DNA of 64,000 nt, taken from NCBI GenBank assembly GCA_963749935.1, contig CAVVOH010000003.1, positions 492,153-556,152 of the forward strand, read 5' to 3'. The DNA is from an uncultured Verrucomicrobiae bacterium. GTDB taxonomy: Bacteria; Verrucomicrobiota; Verrucomicrobiia; Chthoniobacterales; UBA10450. This document shows positions 38,535 through 48,922 of this stretch, one piece after another. The translations under genes and the position numbers were made by a program. The notes below the pieces were generated by a model. The model had not been told where the DNA came from. It was given only the letters and a program-made list of their open reading frames with translations, and did no database searches. Position 1 is the first letter of the stretch, and each line of letters starts with the position of its first letter.

Positions 38535-39764
38535 TTAAAACTCGATCCCGCGCGCCTCGCGCCCAATTGCGGTGAGGATGATGAGGATCAAGAAAACCAC
38601 GACCAAGACACAGGCCATGGTGAGCGCGTAGTCGGGCTGGCCATTTGGCCTCACGAAATGCTCGGCCAGCTTTGCCTGCAGCATGGCGGCATTGGCGGAA
38701 AAGAAGTTCCCGAGCTGGTAAACCACGCCGGGGAACGTCCCGCGCCAGGCCGGGGGCGAGAGCTCGTTCAAGTGCACCGGCACCACTCCCCACGCTCCCT
38801 GCACCATGAACTGCATGCAGAATCCTCCCGCGATCAAGAGCGGGAGGGTCGGAGAAAAAATCCACGCCGGGATGAGCAGGATGCCGAGCGCCGCGGCCAT
38901 GATGATTGTTCGCCGCCGGCCCCAGCGCTGCGAAAAATGTCCGAGCAACGTTCCGCCGCAGATTGCGCCGAGATTATAGATGATCGCAATCGGCGCGATT
39001 TGATTCACCGATAGCCCCCGCTGCTTTTGCAGAAAGGTCGGGTAAAGATCCTGCGTGCCGTGCGACATATAATTGAAGGCGGTCATGAGAAGAACCGCGT
39101 AAATGAAAAGCCGCCAATGCTCCTTCATGAAGCGCAGCATGCCTAACGACTCCCGCGGTGTCCGTCGTTGCCGCTCCCAGACGGTCGACTCTGGCACGCG
39201 GGCGCGAATGTAAATGACGAGCAGCGCCGGCAGCGCGCCTACCACAAAAAGCGCGCGCCAGCCAAAGTGCGGGAAAACGAGCCAGTAAACGACTGCCGCG
39301 AGCAGAAACCCGCACGAATAGCCCTGCTGCAAAATACCCGAGGCCAGGCCGCGCGCTTTCGCTGGCAGGCTCTCCATCGCGAGCGAAGCGCCGAGGCCCC
39401 ACTCCCCGCCCATCCCGACACCGTAGAGCGCCCGGAAAATTAGAAAGACGGTGTAATTGGGCGAAAATGCGGTCAACAATTCCATCAGCGAATAGAAAAC
39501 GATGTCGACCATCAACGGGATGCGGCGGCCAAAGCGATCGCCGAGCAGCCCGAAAATGAGCGCGCCCAGCGGACGCATCATGAGGGTAAGCGTGATGGCG
39601 AACGTTACCTTGACGATCGAGACCGAGAACTCAGCGGACACGTCCCGCACCACGAAAGTGAGGAGAAAAAAATCGAGCGCATCGAGCGTCCAGCCGAGGA
39701 AACAGGCGATGAACGTGTTGCGTTGATCGCGATTCAAGGAACGGAAGATGCGCCAGGCTTCCAC
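38535..39764 (-). CDS. MFS transporter
   Basis: 409-aa ORF with ~12 hydrophobic segments. MFS motif A: GLLGDRFGRRIPLM. Confidence 0.85.
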   Translation of the reverse strand: MEAWRIFRSLNRDQRNTFIACFLGWTLDALDFFLLTFVVRDVSAEFSVSIVKVTFAITLTLMMRPLGALIFGLLGDRFGRRIPLMVDIVFYSLMELLTAFSPNYTVFLIFRALYGVGMGGEWGLGASLAMESLPAKARGLASGILQQGYSCGFLLAAVVYWLVFPHFGWRALFVVGALPALLVIYIRARVPESTVWERQRRTPRESLGMLRFMKEHWRLFIYAVLLMTAFNYMSHGTQDLYPTFLQKQRGLSVNQIAPIAIIYNLGAICGGTLLGHFSQRWGRRRTIIMAAALGILLIPAWIFSPTLPLLIAGGFCMQFMVQGAWGVVPVHLNELSPPAWRGTFPGVVYQLGNFFSANAAMLQAKLAEHFVRPNGQPDYALTMACVLVVVFLILIILTAIGREARGIEF

Positions 39765-39837
39765 GCCTGCATCTAACCTTCAGAGCCCAGGCAAGGAAAG
39801 CTCTTCTCTTACACTCAGGAGATCTTATACCCGACAT

Positions 39838-39861
39838 ATTGATGCATCATGATGCATCAAT
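39838..39861. promoter_or_regulatory. Perfect 24-bp palindrome ATTGATGCATCATGATGCATCAAT (two abutting copies of the self-complementary 10-mer TGATGCATCA) in the divergent MFS/metH promoter region; candidate operator
   Basis: Read directly from the sequence; the reverse complement is identical. Lies ~50 nt upstream of the likely metH start (39909) and ~75 nt from the MFS start. Confidence 0.55.
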
Positions 39862-42280
39862 TTGTTAGTTGCCGTGCAGGCGCTGCTGCGATTAGATTGC
39901 GCATTGTCATGAACGCTGCCGATTTGAATCATCCGCTGGCCGCCCTGCTCCGCGAACGCATCGTCATCCTCGACGGGGCGATGGGCACGATGGTGCAGCG
40001 CCACAGATTTTCGGAGGAGCAATACCGCGGAGCTCGCTTCGCCCAGCATCCGGCCAAGAGTCTGAAAGGTAATCTCGAGCTGCTTCAGCTGACCCGTCCG
40101 GATGCGATTGAAGAAATCCACACCCAGTATCTCGAGGCCGGCGCGGACATGATCGAGACCAATACCTTTAGCGCCACCACTATCGGTCAGCACGATTTTC
40201 TCTTCACCGGCGAATCCGCGAGTGGCCGCAAGGACGCCGGATTTTTCGGCCAGGTCGTGGACGATCCGGAGTTGGTCGCGCTCGCGCAGGAGATGAATCT
40301 TTCCGCCGCCCGGCTGGCTCGCCGCGCGGCCGATCGCGTGGCCAACGAAAGCGGCCAAATTCGCTTTGTCGCCGGTTCGTTAGGCCCGCTCCCCGTGACG
40401 GCTTCCCTCTCGCCGGATGTCAATGACCCGAGCTTTCGGGCCATCACCTTCGATCAAATTTGCCGCGCCTACCGCGAGCAGGTCGGCGCCTTGCTCGAGG
40501 GAGGGGTCGACGTCCTCCTGGTCGAGACGATCTTCGACACCCTCAACGCCAAGGCGGCCCTCTTCGCCATCTCGGAAACCTTCGAGTCGTTAGGGAAACA
40601 TGTCCCGGTTTTGATTTCCGGGACGATCACCGATCTCTCCGGTCGCACCCTCACCGGCCAGACGGTCGGCGCTTTTCTCACCTCGATCCTCCATGCCGAC
40701 CCGCTCGTGGTCGGGTTGAACTGCGCGCTCGGCCCGGCCGAGATGCGGCCCCACGTCGAGGAAATGGCGCGGCTGGCCTCTTGCTTTACCAGTGCGTATC
40801 CGAATGCCGGGCTGCCCGATCCGCTTTCGCCCACCGGATTTCCCGAGACGCCGGAATCAATGGCACCGCAACTGCGCGACTGGGCACAGCAGGGCTGGCT
40901 AAATCTGGTCGGCGGTTGCTGTGGCACGACGCCGGACCACATCCAGGTGCTGGCCGCGGCGGTGAAGGATTGCCCGCCGCGAGCCCTCCCGCGCCCGCTC
41001 GCAGCCGTCGCCTAACAATGACCGACGCGCAGAACGTCCTCCATCTCTCCGGGCTCGAGGCGCTCGATGTCACACCTGACTTTGGTTTTGTCGTGGTTGG
41101 CGAGCGGACCAACATCACCGGCTCACCCAAGTTTTCGAAACTGATCCTGGCCGACGATTTCGAAGGCGCGCTGGTCGTCGCGCGCCACCAGGTCGAAGGC
41201 GGCGCCAACATCCTCGACGTCAACATGGATGAGGGCATGATCGACTCCGAGGCGGCCATGACTCGCTTCCTCCATTTGATCGGCAGCGAGCCCGACATCT
41301 CGCGCCTCCCGATCATGATCGACAGCTCGAAGTGGAGCGTGATCGAGGCCGGCCTCAAATGCGTCCAGGGCAAGGGCGTGGTCAATTCCATTTCGCTCAA
41401 AGCCGGCGAAGAAGAGTTCCTGCGCCAGGCCCGGCTCGTCAGGCGCTACGGCGCGGCGGTCATCGTGATGGCCTTCGACGAAAAAGGTCAGGCCGATAGC
41501 CTGGCGCGCAAAACCGAGATTTGCGCCCGGGCTTATCGCCTGCTGACCGAGCAGGCTGGCTTCCCGCCTAACGACATTATCTTTGATCCGAACATCCTTA
41601 CTGTCGCGACCGGGATCGAGGAACATAACGGTTACGCGGTCGCCTTCATCGAGGCCACGCGCTGGATCAAAGCCAACCTCCGCGGCGCGCGCGTTAGCGG
41701 AGGAGTGAGCAACATTTCCTTTTCCTTCCGCGGCAACAACACCGTGCGGGAAGCGATGCACTCGGCCTTCCTCTATCACGCCATCCGTGCCGGGCTTGAT
41801 ATGGCGATCGTCAACGCGGGGCAGCTCGCAGTTTATGAGGAGATCGAACCCGCGCTCCGCGACCTGGTTGAGGACGTGCTTTTCAATCGACGGCCGGATG
41901 CGACCGAGCGGCTGGTCGATTACGCCGAACGAGTCAAATCGAAGGGTAAGGTCAGCGCGAAAGATGAGGCCTGGCGAAGCGCGCCAGTTGCGGAACGGCT
42001 CTCGCACGCCCTCGTCAAAGGCATTGTCGAACATATCGAGACGGACACCGAGGAAGCGCGACAAAACGCCAGGCGGCCTCTCGAAGTCATCGAAGGCCCG
42101 CTCATGGCCGGGATGAGTGTCGTCGGGGATCTCTTTGGTTCGGGGAAAATGTTTCTCCCCCAGGTGGTAAAAAGCGCGCGAGTGATGAAGAAGGCGGTTG
42201 CCTACCTGATGCCGTACATGGAAGCGGAGAAGCAGGCCGATTCCAAACCGCAGGGCCGCATCGTGATGGCGACGGTAAAG

Positions 42281-42312
<32 letters not shown>

Positions 42313-42830
42313 CGGCGTTGTCCTGCAATGTAACAATTACGAGGTCATCGACCTCGGGGTGATGGTGCCGGCGGAGAAAATCCTCCAGACCGCCCGGGAG
42401 AAGCAGGCAGACATCATCGGCCTGAGTGGACTGATTACGCCGTCGCTCGACGAGATGGTGCATGTCGCGCAGGAAATGGAGCGACAGGAATTTCGATTGC
42501 CGCTCCTGATCGGCGGCGCGACCACCAGCCGCGCGCACACCGCGGTGAAGATCGCGCAGCATTATGGCGAGAGCGTGGTCCACGTGCTCGACGCCTCGCG
42601 CGCGGTCGGCGTGGTCAATTCGCTCTTAAACTCGGAAGCGAAGTTGAAGTTCGACGCGACCACGCGTGCGGATTACGAGCGACTGCGGACCGAACACGCC
42701 GATAAAACGCGAGAAAAGAAAATGCTTACCCTCGAGCAGGCACGGGCGAAGCGCCTCGCGATCGACTGGAGCAGTTACGAGCCACCCGTTCCCGAATTTC
42801 TGGGAGTGCGCAGTGTGGCGACAGCTCCGA

Positions 42831-42876
42831 GGAGCGCACGCGCCTCGCGTGCAGTTTTCGGCGCCTCGCCGAAAAC
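42831..42876. repeat. Left terminal inverted repeat / REP-like double hairpin
   Basis: ggagcgcacgcgcctcgcgtgcagttttcggcgcctcgccgaaaac. Internal hairpins gcacgcg-cct-cgcgtgc and ttttcggcg-cct-cgccgaaaa. Confidence 0.75.
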
Positions 42877-43358
42877 ACCGGGGGAAGACACTCGCTACAG
42901 CAAACGCACCCTTCCTTATTTCGCGCGCCCCTGGGGAAAATACGCCGTCGCCTTTTCGACTTTCGAGCGACGCCAGCTCTCCGCAGCAGAGCGGGACATC
43001 GTTCTGCAGTCGGTCCTGACTGCGCAAGACCGCAATCAAATTGAGCTCTACGCCGCCACCGTGATGCCGGATCATGTGCACCTTCTCTTCGAACCGCAGA
43101 TCAAAGAAACCGATGTTGCCGGTAACGCGGTCTTCTGGTCGCTGACCGAAATTCTCAAGGGCATCAAATCAGCGACCGCGCATCGGATTAACAAAGCGAG
43201 CGGACGCACTGGACCGGTTTGGGAGAAGGAATCTTTTGATCGGTTGATTCGATCGGAATCGGATCTGCAGGAGAAGTTTGAATACATCACGCGAAATCCT
43301 TGGGATTCGGGGGTCATTAGGCCGGACGAGGAATACCCCTGGCTTTGGACGCTGGACG

Positions 43359-43404
43359 CTTTTCGGCGAGGCGCCGAAAAGAACACGCGAGGCGCGGGTG
43401 CTCC
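43359..43404. repeat. Right terminal inverted repeat / REP-like double hairpin
   Basis: cttttcggcgaggcgccgaaaagaacacgcgaggcgcgggtgctcc. Its reverse complement matches the left repeat at about 40 of 46 positions (hand count). Confidence 0.75.
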
Positions 43405-44346
43405 CCAGACGACGTGCGACCCGTCAGATGGTTCGGTGAAGGAAATTTCGCTCGAGACCTTGGTCGAGTACATCGATTGGTCGCCCTTTTTTCACACTTG
43501 GGAATTGCGTGGGCGGTATCCGGCGATCTTCGACGATGACGTTGTCGGAGAACAGGCTCGGGAGCTCTTCGCCGACGCGCAGAAATTATTGAGCCGAATT
43601 GTCGATGAAAAGCTCCTGACCGCGCGTGGCGTTTACGGCTTCTGGCCGGCTAACTCTTTAGGGGATGATGTGGAGATCTATCGCGATGAGACGCGAACCG
43701 AGCCGCTCACCACTTTTCATTTCCTGCGTCAGCAAATGCAGAAACCGGCGGGGCAAATCGAATTATTGCCTGGCTGATTTCGTTGCGCCGAAGAGTTCGG
43801 GTAAAGCCGACTACCTCGGCGGATTCGCGGTCACAGCCGGGATCGGCGCTGACGAACTGGCCAGACAATTCCAGGCAGAACATGACGATTACAGCGCGAT
43901 CATGGTCAAGGCGCTGGCCGATCGGCTGGCGGAAGCGTTTGCGGAATACCTGCACCACGAGGCGCGGATCGCCTGGGGCTTCGGGGCCGCGGAGAGCCTG
44001 ACGAGAGAGGATCTGATTCGAGAACGATATCGCGGCATCCGCCCGGCGCCGGGTTATCCCGCCTCGCCCGATCATGTCGAGAAACGGACGCTGTTCGATC
44101 TCCTGGCGGCGGAGGAAAAGACCGGGATCAACCTAACCGAATCGTTTGCCATGCATCCGGGAGCGAGTGTCAGCGGTCTCTATTTTTCCCATCCGGACTC
44201 GCGTTATTTTGCGGTCGGTAAGATCCAGCCCGACCAGGCGCAGGACTACGCGGTGCGCAAAGGCGTTTCGTTAGGCGAAGTCGAAAAGTGGCTCTCGCCC
44301 AATTTGAATTACGACCCGCGTTCGGTCGTGGCCTAACGAAACCGTC

Positions 44347-46059
44347 TTAATGCGTGCTGCGGCTGGCGAGCGTCTCCTGCGCGCGCAACAAATCGTGCAG
44401 GGTGATGATGCCAGCCGGTTTGTCGCCCGCTTCCAGGACGGCAAAACCACCCGGCGCGTCGATCAATAGCCGGGCCACCTCGCCGATCGTGAAACTGCGC
44501 CGGCAGGTTACGACCTTCTCGATCATCGCGACCCGGTTTTCCTCGAGCGCAGCCTGCATTTCCTCGCGCGACAGACATCCGATCATTCTCCCCGCCTCCA
44601 CCACCGGGAAGCGTTTGAACTGATTTTTCTCCAGCACGAGGCGCAGGTTTTCCGGCGCGAGGTCCTCGATCACCACCGGCCGGAAATTAGCGATGGCCGA
44701 GACCGGATAAGCCTGCCAGCTGCGCAAATCGCGCGGCGGAATGACGTGCACCAGCACATTGCCATCCTGGGCCAGGACTTCGTCATAGAAGTTATGCGTC
44801 GTTAGGCCGCGTGAGATCGCTTCGCTGACCAGGGCGCCGAGCATGAGCGCGGGCACGAGCGAGAATTGGTGAGTCATTTCAAAAACGATCAGAATGGAAG
44901 TGAACGGCGCCCGCACCACCGCGCTGAGGCAGGCGCTCATCCCGATGATTTCGAGGAGCGTCCGACCATCTGGGGTGAGCGGCAGGACATAGCCGACGAG
45001 GCCGCCGATCGTTCCGCCGGCGGCCGCGCCAAGGAAAAGCAGCGGAGCAAAGATGCCGCCGCATCCGCCCCATCCGTAGCAAGCCACGGTGGAAATCCAT
45101 TTGGCAAACAGAAGCGCGGTGATGACAAGCCACGGAATCTGGCCGCGCAGCATGGCGGAGAGATCGTCGTAGCCGAGCCCGAAGACGCCGAGCCGGCCGG
45201 ACCAAAGAAAAATGCCAGCCCCCAGCATCCAAACCGTCAGGCCGCCTAACAATGGATGCAACCAGCGTGGGAAGGCCGTCCAGGTTTTGGAGAAAGCGCG
45301 CAGACGGAGAGTGGCGCGCTGGAATCCGATGCCGATGAGGGAAGCAAAGGCCGAGGCGAGCGGGACCCCGAAATAAGCGCGCCAGGTAGCGCCCTCGATT
45401 TGCGGTAAAACGAATGCCGGGTTCTCTCCGATGATGGCGTGGACGGCAAAGGCGCCGAGGACGGAGGCGAGAATGACACTGCCGATGAGCGGGCTGTTCA
45501 AATCCTGCACGATCTCCTCCAGCACAAAGGTGATGGCGGCGAGCGGGGTATTGAAAGCAGCCGCCAGACCGGCCGCTGCGCCCGCCGCAGCCGGACGCCG
45601 CCGGCGCTGCTTCGGCACGCCGAGCAGGCTGCTCAACTCCGATGCGACGCCACCCGCGATGTGGACCGAAGGCCCCTCCCGCCCCAGGCTCATCCCGCCG
45701 CCGACATGGAGCAGGCCGGCAAAGAATTTGACCAGAACGGTTCGCAGCCTAACGAACCCGAAATCCTGCCAGAAGGCGAACTTGAGCTGCGGAATGCCGC
45801 TGCCGGCCGCGCTTTGATCGACCCGGAACATGAGGAACCCGCCGCCTAACGAGCAGACGACCACCACGGCGAGCGAACCGAGCAGAAAGACGGTCAGGCT
45901 GCGATGGGAGAGAGCGACAAAGGTGGAGAGATAAACCCAGTTGATCCCCAGCTCGAAGAGGACCGCCGCCAACCCTCCGGCCAGACCATAGATCGCGGTG
46001 AGAAGAATCGAGCGACTGGATTCGGGGAGACGCTGGAATTGCCGGGCGACGAATGACAC
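44347..46059 (-). CDS. ClC-family chloride channel / H+-Cl- antiporter with a C-terminal CBS pair
   Basis: 570-aa ORF. GSGIPQ, GREGPSVH, GIFAP. C-terminal CBS-like region (VVIEDLAPENLRLVLEKNQFKRFPVV...GIITLHDLL). Confidence 0.9.
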   Translation of the reverse strand: MSFVARQFQRLPESSRSILLTAIYGLAGGLAAVLFELGINWVYLSTFVALSHRSLTVFLLGSLAVVVVCSLGGGFLMFRVDQSAAGSGIPQLKFAFWQDFGFVRLRTVLVKFFAGLLHVGGGMSLGREGPSVHIAGGVASELSSLLGVPKQRRRRPAAAGAAAGLAAAFNTPLAAITFVLEEIVQDLNSPLIGSVILASVLGAFAVHAIIGENPAFVLPQIEGATWRAYFGVPLASAFASLIGIGFQRATLRLRAFSKTWTAFPRWLHPLLGGLTVWMLGAGIFLWSGRLGVFGLGYDDLSAMLRGQIPWLVITALLFAKWISTVACYGWGGCGGIFAPLLFLGAAAGGTIGGLVGYVLPLTPDGRTLLEIIGMSACLSAVVRAPFTSILIVFEMTHQFSLVPALMLGALVSEAISRGLTTHNFYDEVLAQDGNVLVHVIPPRDLRSWQAYPVSAIANFRPVVIEDLAPENLRLVLEKNQFKRFPVVEAGRMIGCLSREEMQAALEENRVAMIEKVVTCRRSFTIGEVARLLIDAPGGFAVLEAGDKPAGIITLHDLLRAQETLASRSTH

Positions 46060-46185
46060 AGGTGCCCTGCCACTAAACCTGAGGATTCAGATTTGGCACG
46101 GAGTTTCCTCCGAGGGGACGGGCGCAGGGCCTTCTGTGGTTTGCCCGCAGGGGCCTGACGAAACTGGGCAGGCGGAGCGCCCGCC

Positions 46186-47082
46186 CTACAAGGCTGAATT
46201 TGGATCGGCGCGATTGATCAGCATCGTGCCGGCTTCGTCCGCCGTCAGCTCCTCGGATTCTTTTTCGGCCGCGGATGGTTCCGGCCAGACGACGTTCCAG
46301 GCGAGGTGCAGTTTTTCCAGCGTCCAGATGGTGTAGCGCGTGAGATCGAACTCCCACCACTTCAGCCCGTGCGCTGCACAACGTGGCTTGGCGTGATGGT
46401 TGTTGTGATAGCCTTCGCCGAGCGCCCCGAGGCCGACCCAGAAGTTGTTTTTGCTTTCATCCGAGGTTTCGAAGCTGCGATAGCCAAACTGCTTCATGTG
46501 GCAGATCGAGTTGACCGCCCAGGTGCAGTTGTAAACAAACAGCATCGGCACGTAAAGACACCAGAGCATCCCGGCGAGACCGAGGGTGAAATAGAGGAAC
46601 GCGGCGACCGCGAGATGCGGCAGAACATAAAGAGCCGAGTTTTCCCAGAGCTTGCAGTACCAGATCTTGCGCACGTCAGCCGCATAACGGAGCGAGCGTT
46701 CGCGAAAAGAAGGGGGCTTGCGAATCAGCCACATCATATGCGCATACGGGAAGCCGTGGCGCGGGCTGTGGATGTCTTCTTCGGTGTCGGATTTAAGATG
46801 GTGATAACGATGATCCCCCACCCAGGTCACCGGGTCGCCCGAGAGCCCAATGGCCGAGCCGGTGGCGAAGAGGAATTTCAACCAGCCCGGCATTTCAAAT
46901 CCGCGGTGCGTGAGATAGCGATGGAGATAAAGCGTGGTGCCGAGACCGATCCACAAATAAACGCCCAGCATGATCGGCAGAAAGAAGAGCTGAAACCGCG
47001 TCCAGACCGCAGCCACACCGAGGAGCTGGAGCACGATGAGGATCGTGAAAATGGCGATATTGAATTTCTCGTTCTTGAACAT
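46186..47082 (-). CDS. Acyl-CoA/acyl-lipid (delta-9-type) fatty acid desaturase
   Basis: Three His boxes: HRYLTHRGF, GDHRYHHLKSD, GEGYHNNHHAKP. N-terminal TM pair. Confidence 0.88.
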   Translation of the reverse strand: MFKNEKFNIAIFTILIVLQLLGVAAVWTRFQLFFLPIMLGVYLWIGLGTTLYLHRYLTHRGFEMPGWLKFLFATGSAIGLSGDPVTWVGDHRYHHLKSDTEEDIHSPRHGFPYAHMMWLIRKPPSFRERSLRYAADVRKIWYCKLWENSALYVLPHLAVAAFLYFTLGLAGMLWCLYVPMLFVYNCTWAVNSICHMKQFGYRSFETSDESKNNFWVGLGALGEGYHNNHHAKPRCAAHGLKWWEFDLTRYTIWTLEKLHLAWNVVWPEPSAAEKESEELTADEAGTMLINRADPNSAL

Positions 47083-47216
47083 AAGAGAGGGCTGCAGCAG
47101 ATTGCCGGCCGCGAGAGCAAAGGGACATTTTCATCGCCCAGCCATGATGGCAAGACGTTTTCTCCCTGGAAAACGGCGGCCGGGATCGACGCCTCGGCTC
47201 CGACGTGAGGGAGAAA

Positions 47217-47290
47217 TCGGGGTGACAGGATTCGAACCTGCGACCTCCTGGTCCCAAACCAGGCGCTCTACCAAGCTAAGCTACACCCCG
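47217..47290 (-). tRNA. tRNA-Pro (anticodon TGG)
   Basis: Reverse complement cggggtgtagcttagcttggtagagcgcctggtttgggaccaggaggtcgcaggttcgaatcctgtcaccccga folds as a cloverleaf: acceptor CGGGGTG/CACCCCG, anticodon stem CCTGG/CCAGG with loop TTTGGGA, T-loop TTCGAAT. Confidence 0.9.
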
Positions 47291-47488
47291 CGAAGTGCGT
47301 TGCCCTATAACACGCGCTGCCGGGAAACGCATGCGAACTTTTGCCCGCAGTGATGTCGCCTGGAGCGCGTCGGTTCCTTTTTCCGAGCCGCGACCAATCC
47401 GGTCGACCCGCAACGTCCGGGAAGGTTACAGCGCTGTTACCATTCAGTTGTTGGTTCCGGAGCTCGCAATCAGGGAAAATCCAATCCT

Positions 47489-48922
47489 ATGAAAAAAATG
47501 CTAGCGGCCCTTTTCCTCGCTGCGGTTTTCACTGTTCAGCCCTTCTCTTTCGCTCACGCGCAAGCCGTTCTGCCCTTCACGATTGTCGAAACCCCCAATC
47601 TCGGCTCACATGACTATCTAAACGGTATTGCGGCTCTCTCGCCCAACGACGTCTGGGCGGTCGGGTATCACGTCTCCGGAGCGTTCCTCAATCTCGCAAT
47701 GCATTGGAACGGGACCGCCTGGACGATCACCCCCACCCCCAATCCTGCCCAGCCCTACACCGACCAGTTGAAAAAAGTCACAGCGATCGCCTCGGACAAC
47801 GTGTGGGCCATCGGCGGGCACGGACAGTCCTACAGCCTCCGTTGGGATGGCGTGCAATGGTCACAGGTGCCAATACCGCCGATCGTGAATCGAGGCAGCG
47901 TGGGCGTGACCAATTACCTTGAGGATCTGGCGAGCACTTCGAGCAGTGACATCTGGTCGGTTGGCTCGATGGATTCACTGGAAGGCGGCTTCTGGACCCT
48001 GACGGTTCATTGGAACGGCACGGAATGGATCCAGGTGCCGAGCCCGAACAAAGCCTCCCCCACCGGCAGCTTCTATACTCAGACTCTGAACAGCGTGGTG
48101 GCGCTCGCGCCTAACGATGTCTGGGCCGCGGGATACTACCTTGTCGGGAATACCGACCACCCCTTGATCCAACATTGGGACGGCACGAAATGGAGCATCG
48201 TTCCATCGCCCGATGGACCAACGGGGGACGGCACGCTGCGCGGCATCGCCGCTGCCGGCCCGAACGACATCTGGGCCGTTGGAGAATATGACAAGCCAGA
48301 TTTCGCCGTCATGGGCAAAGCGTTCACGATGCATTGGGACGGCACGAGCTGGACGGTTTTTATCCCGCCTAATCCGAGCCCGTGGGGCGTCAACCCGCTC
48401 AATCATGTGGTCGTGCTCGCCCCTAACGACGCCTATGCGGTCGGCCAATGGTCAACCGCCGCGCAGGGTTTGAGCACCTACGTCGTTCATTGGGACGGCG
48501 CGGGTTGGACTCAGGTTAGCAGCGAGAATATACCCGGCTTCACCACCGGGTGGCATGTCTTGCAGGATATCACGAAGGATTCCTCAGGCGGCTTATGGAC
48601 CGCTGGAGTGAAGCAGGCTTCTTTCGGGAGCACGAATTTCACCCTGGTAGAACGCTCCGGCACTGCCACCATGACCGATACCGTTGCGGTGACTCGGGCG
48701 ACCTATCAGACTGCACAGAAAAAATTGCAGATCGCGGCTACGACGACGGCGAGCGACGCCACCCTCACGGCCTACGTTACCTCGACCAATGCGCTCATCG
48801 GAACGCTCACCAAGCAGGGCAGCCGATTCATCGGCAAGTTCAGGTGGCCGACTAATCCGGTGAACGTCACGGTCAAAAGCAGCGCCGGCGGAACGGCGAG
48901 CAAGGCCGTCGTAACCAGGTAA
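47489..48922 (+). CDS. Secreted beta-propeller-like repeat protein; function unknown
   Basis: Signal peptide MKKMLAALFLAAVFTVQPFSFAHA. Six to seven repeats of the type (S/A)PNDVWAVG...HWNGT.W...P. Confidence 0.65.
   Translation: MKKMLAALFLAAVFTVQPFSFAHAQAVLPFTIVETPNLGSHDYLNGIAALSPNDVWAVGYHVSGAFLNLAMHWNGTAWTITPTPNPAQPYTDQLKKVTAIASDNVWAIGGHGQSYSLRWDGVQWSQVPIPPIVNRGSVGVTNYLEDLASTSSSDIWSVGSMDSLEGGFWTLTVHWNGTEWIQVPSPNKASPTGSFYTQTLNSVVALAPNDVWAAGYYLVGNTDHPLIQHWDGTKWSIVPSPDGPTGDGTLRGIAAAGPNDIWAVGEYDKPDFAVMGKAFTMHWDGTSWTVFIPPNPSPWGVNPLNHVVVLAPNDAYAVGQWSTAAQGLSTYVVHWDGAGWTQVSSENIPGFTTGWHVLQDITKDSSGGLWTAGVKQASFGSTNFTLVERSGTATMTDTVAVTRATYQTAQKKLQIAATTTASDATLTAYVTSTNALIGTLTKQGSRFIGKFRWPTNPVNVTVKSSAGGTASKAVVTR

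Larger units (their letters stand above)
42818..43438 (+). mobile_element. RAYT / IS200-family (HUH Y1) transposase unit with REP-like inverted hairpin ends, inserted in-frame in metH
   Basis: 207 extra codons between EFLGVRSV and [14 protein letters not shown]. Transposase core: [13 protein letters not shown]...[15 protein letters not shown]...[11 protein letters not shown]...[14 protein letters not shown]...FEYITRNPW. No start or stop codon of its own. 46-nt inverted repeats at 42831-42876 and 43359-43404. Confidence 0.75.

Noticed and set aside
40460-41017. First ~186 codons of the 1105-aa ORF 40460-43777
   Set aside because: This stretch overlaps the metH homocysteine-binding domain out of frame and is Arg/Pro/Gly-rich nonsense. 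MetH homology in this frame begins at ATG 41018.
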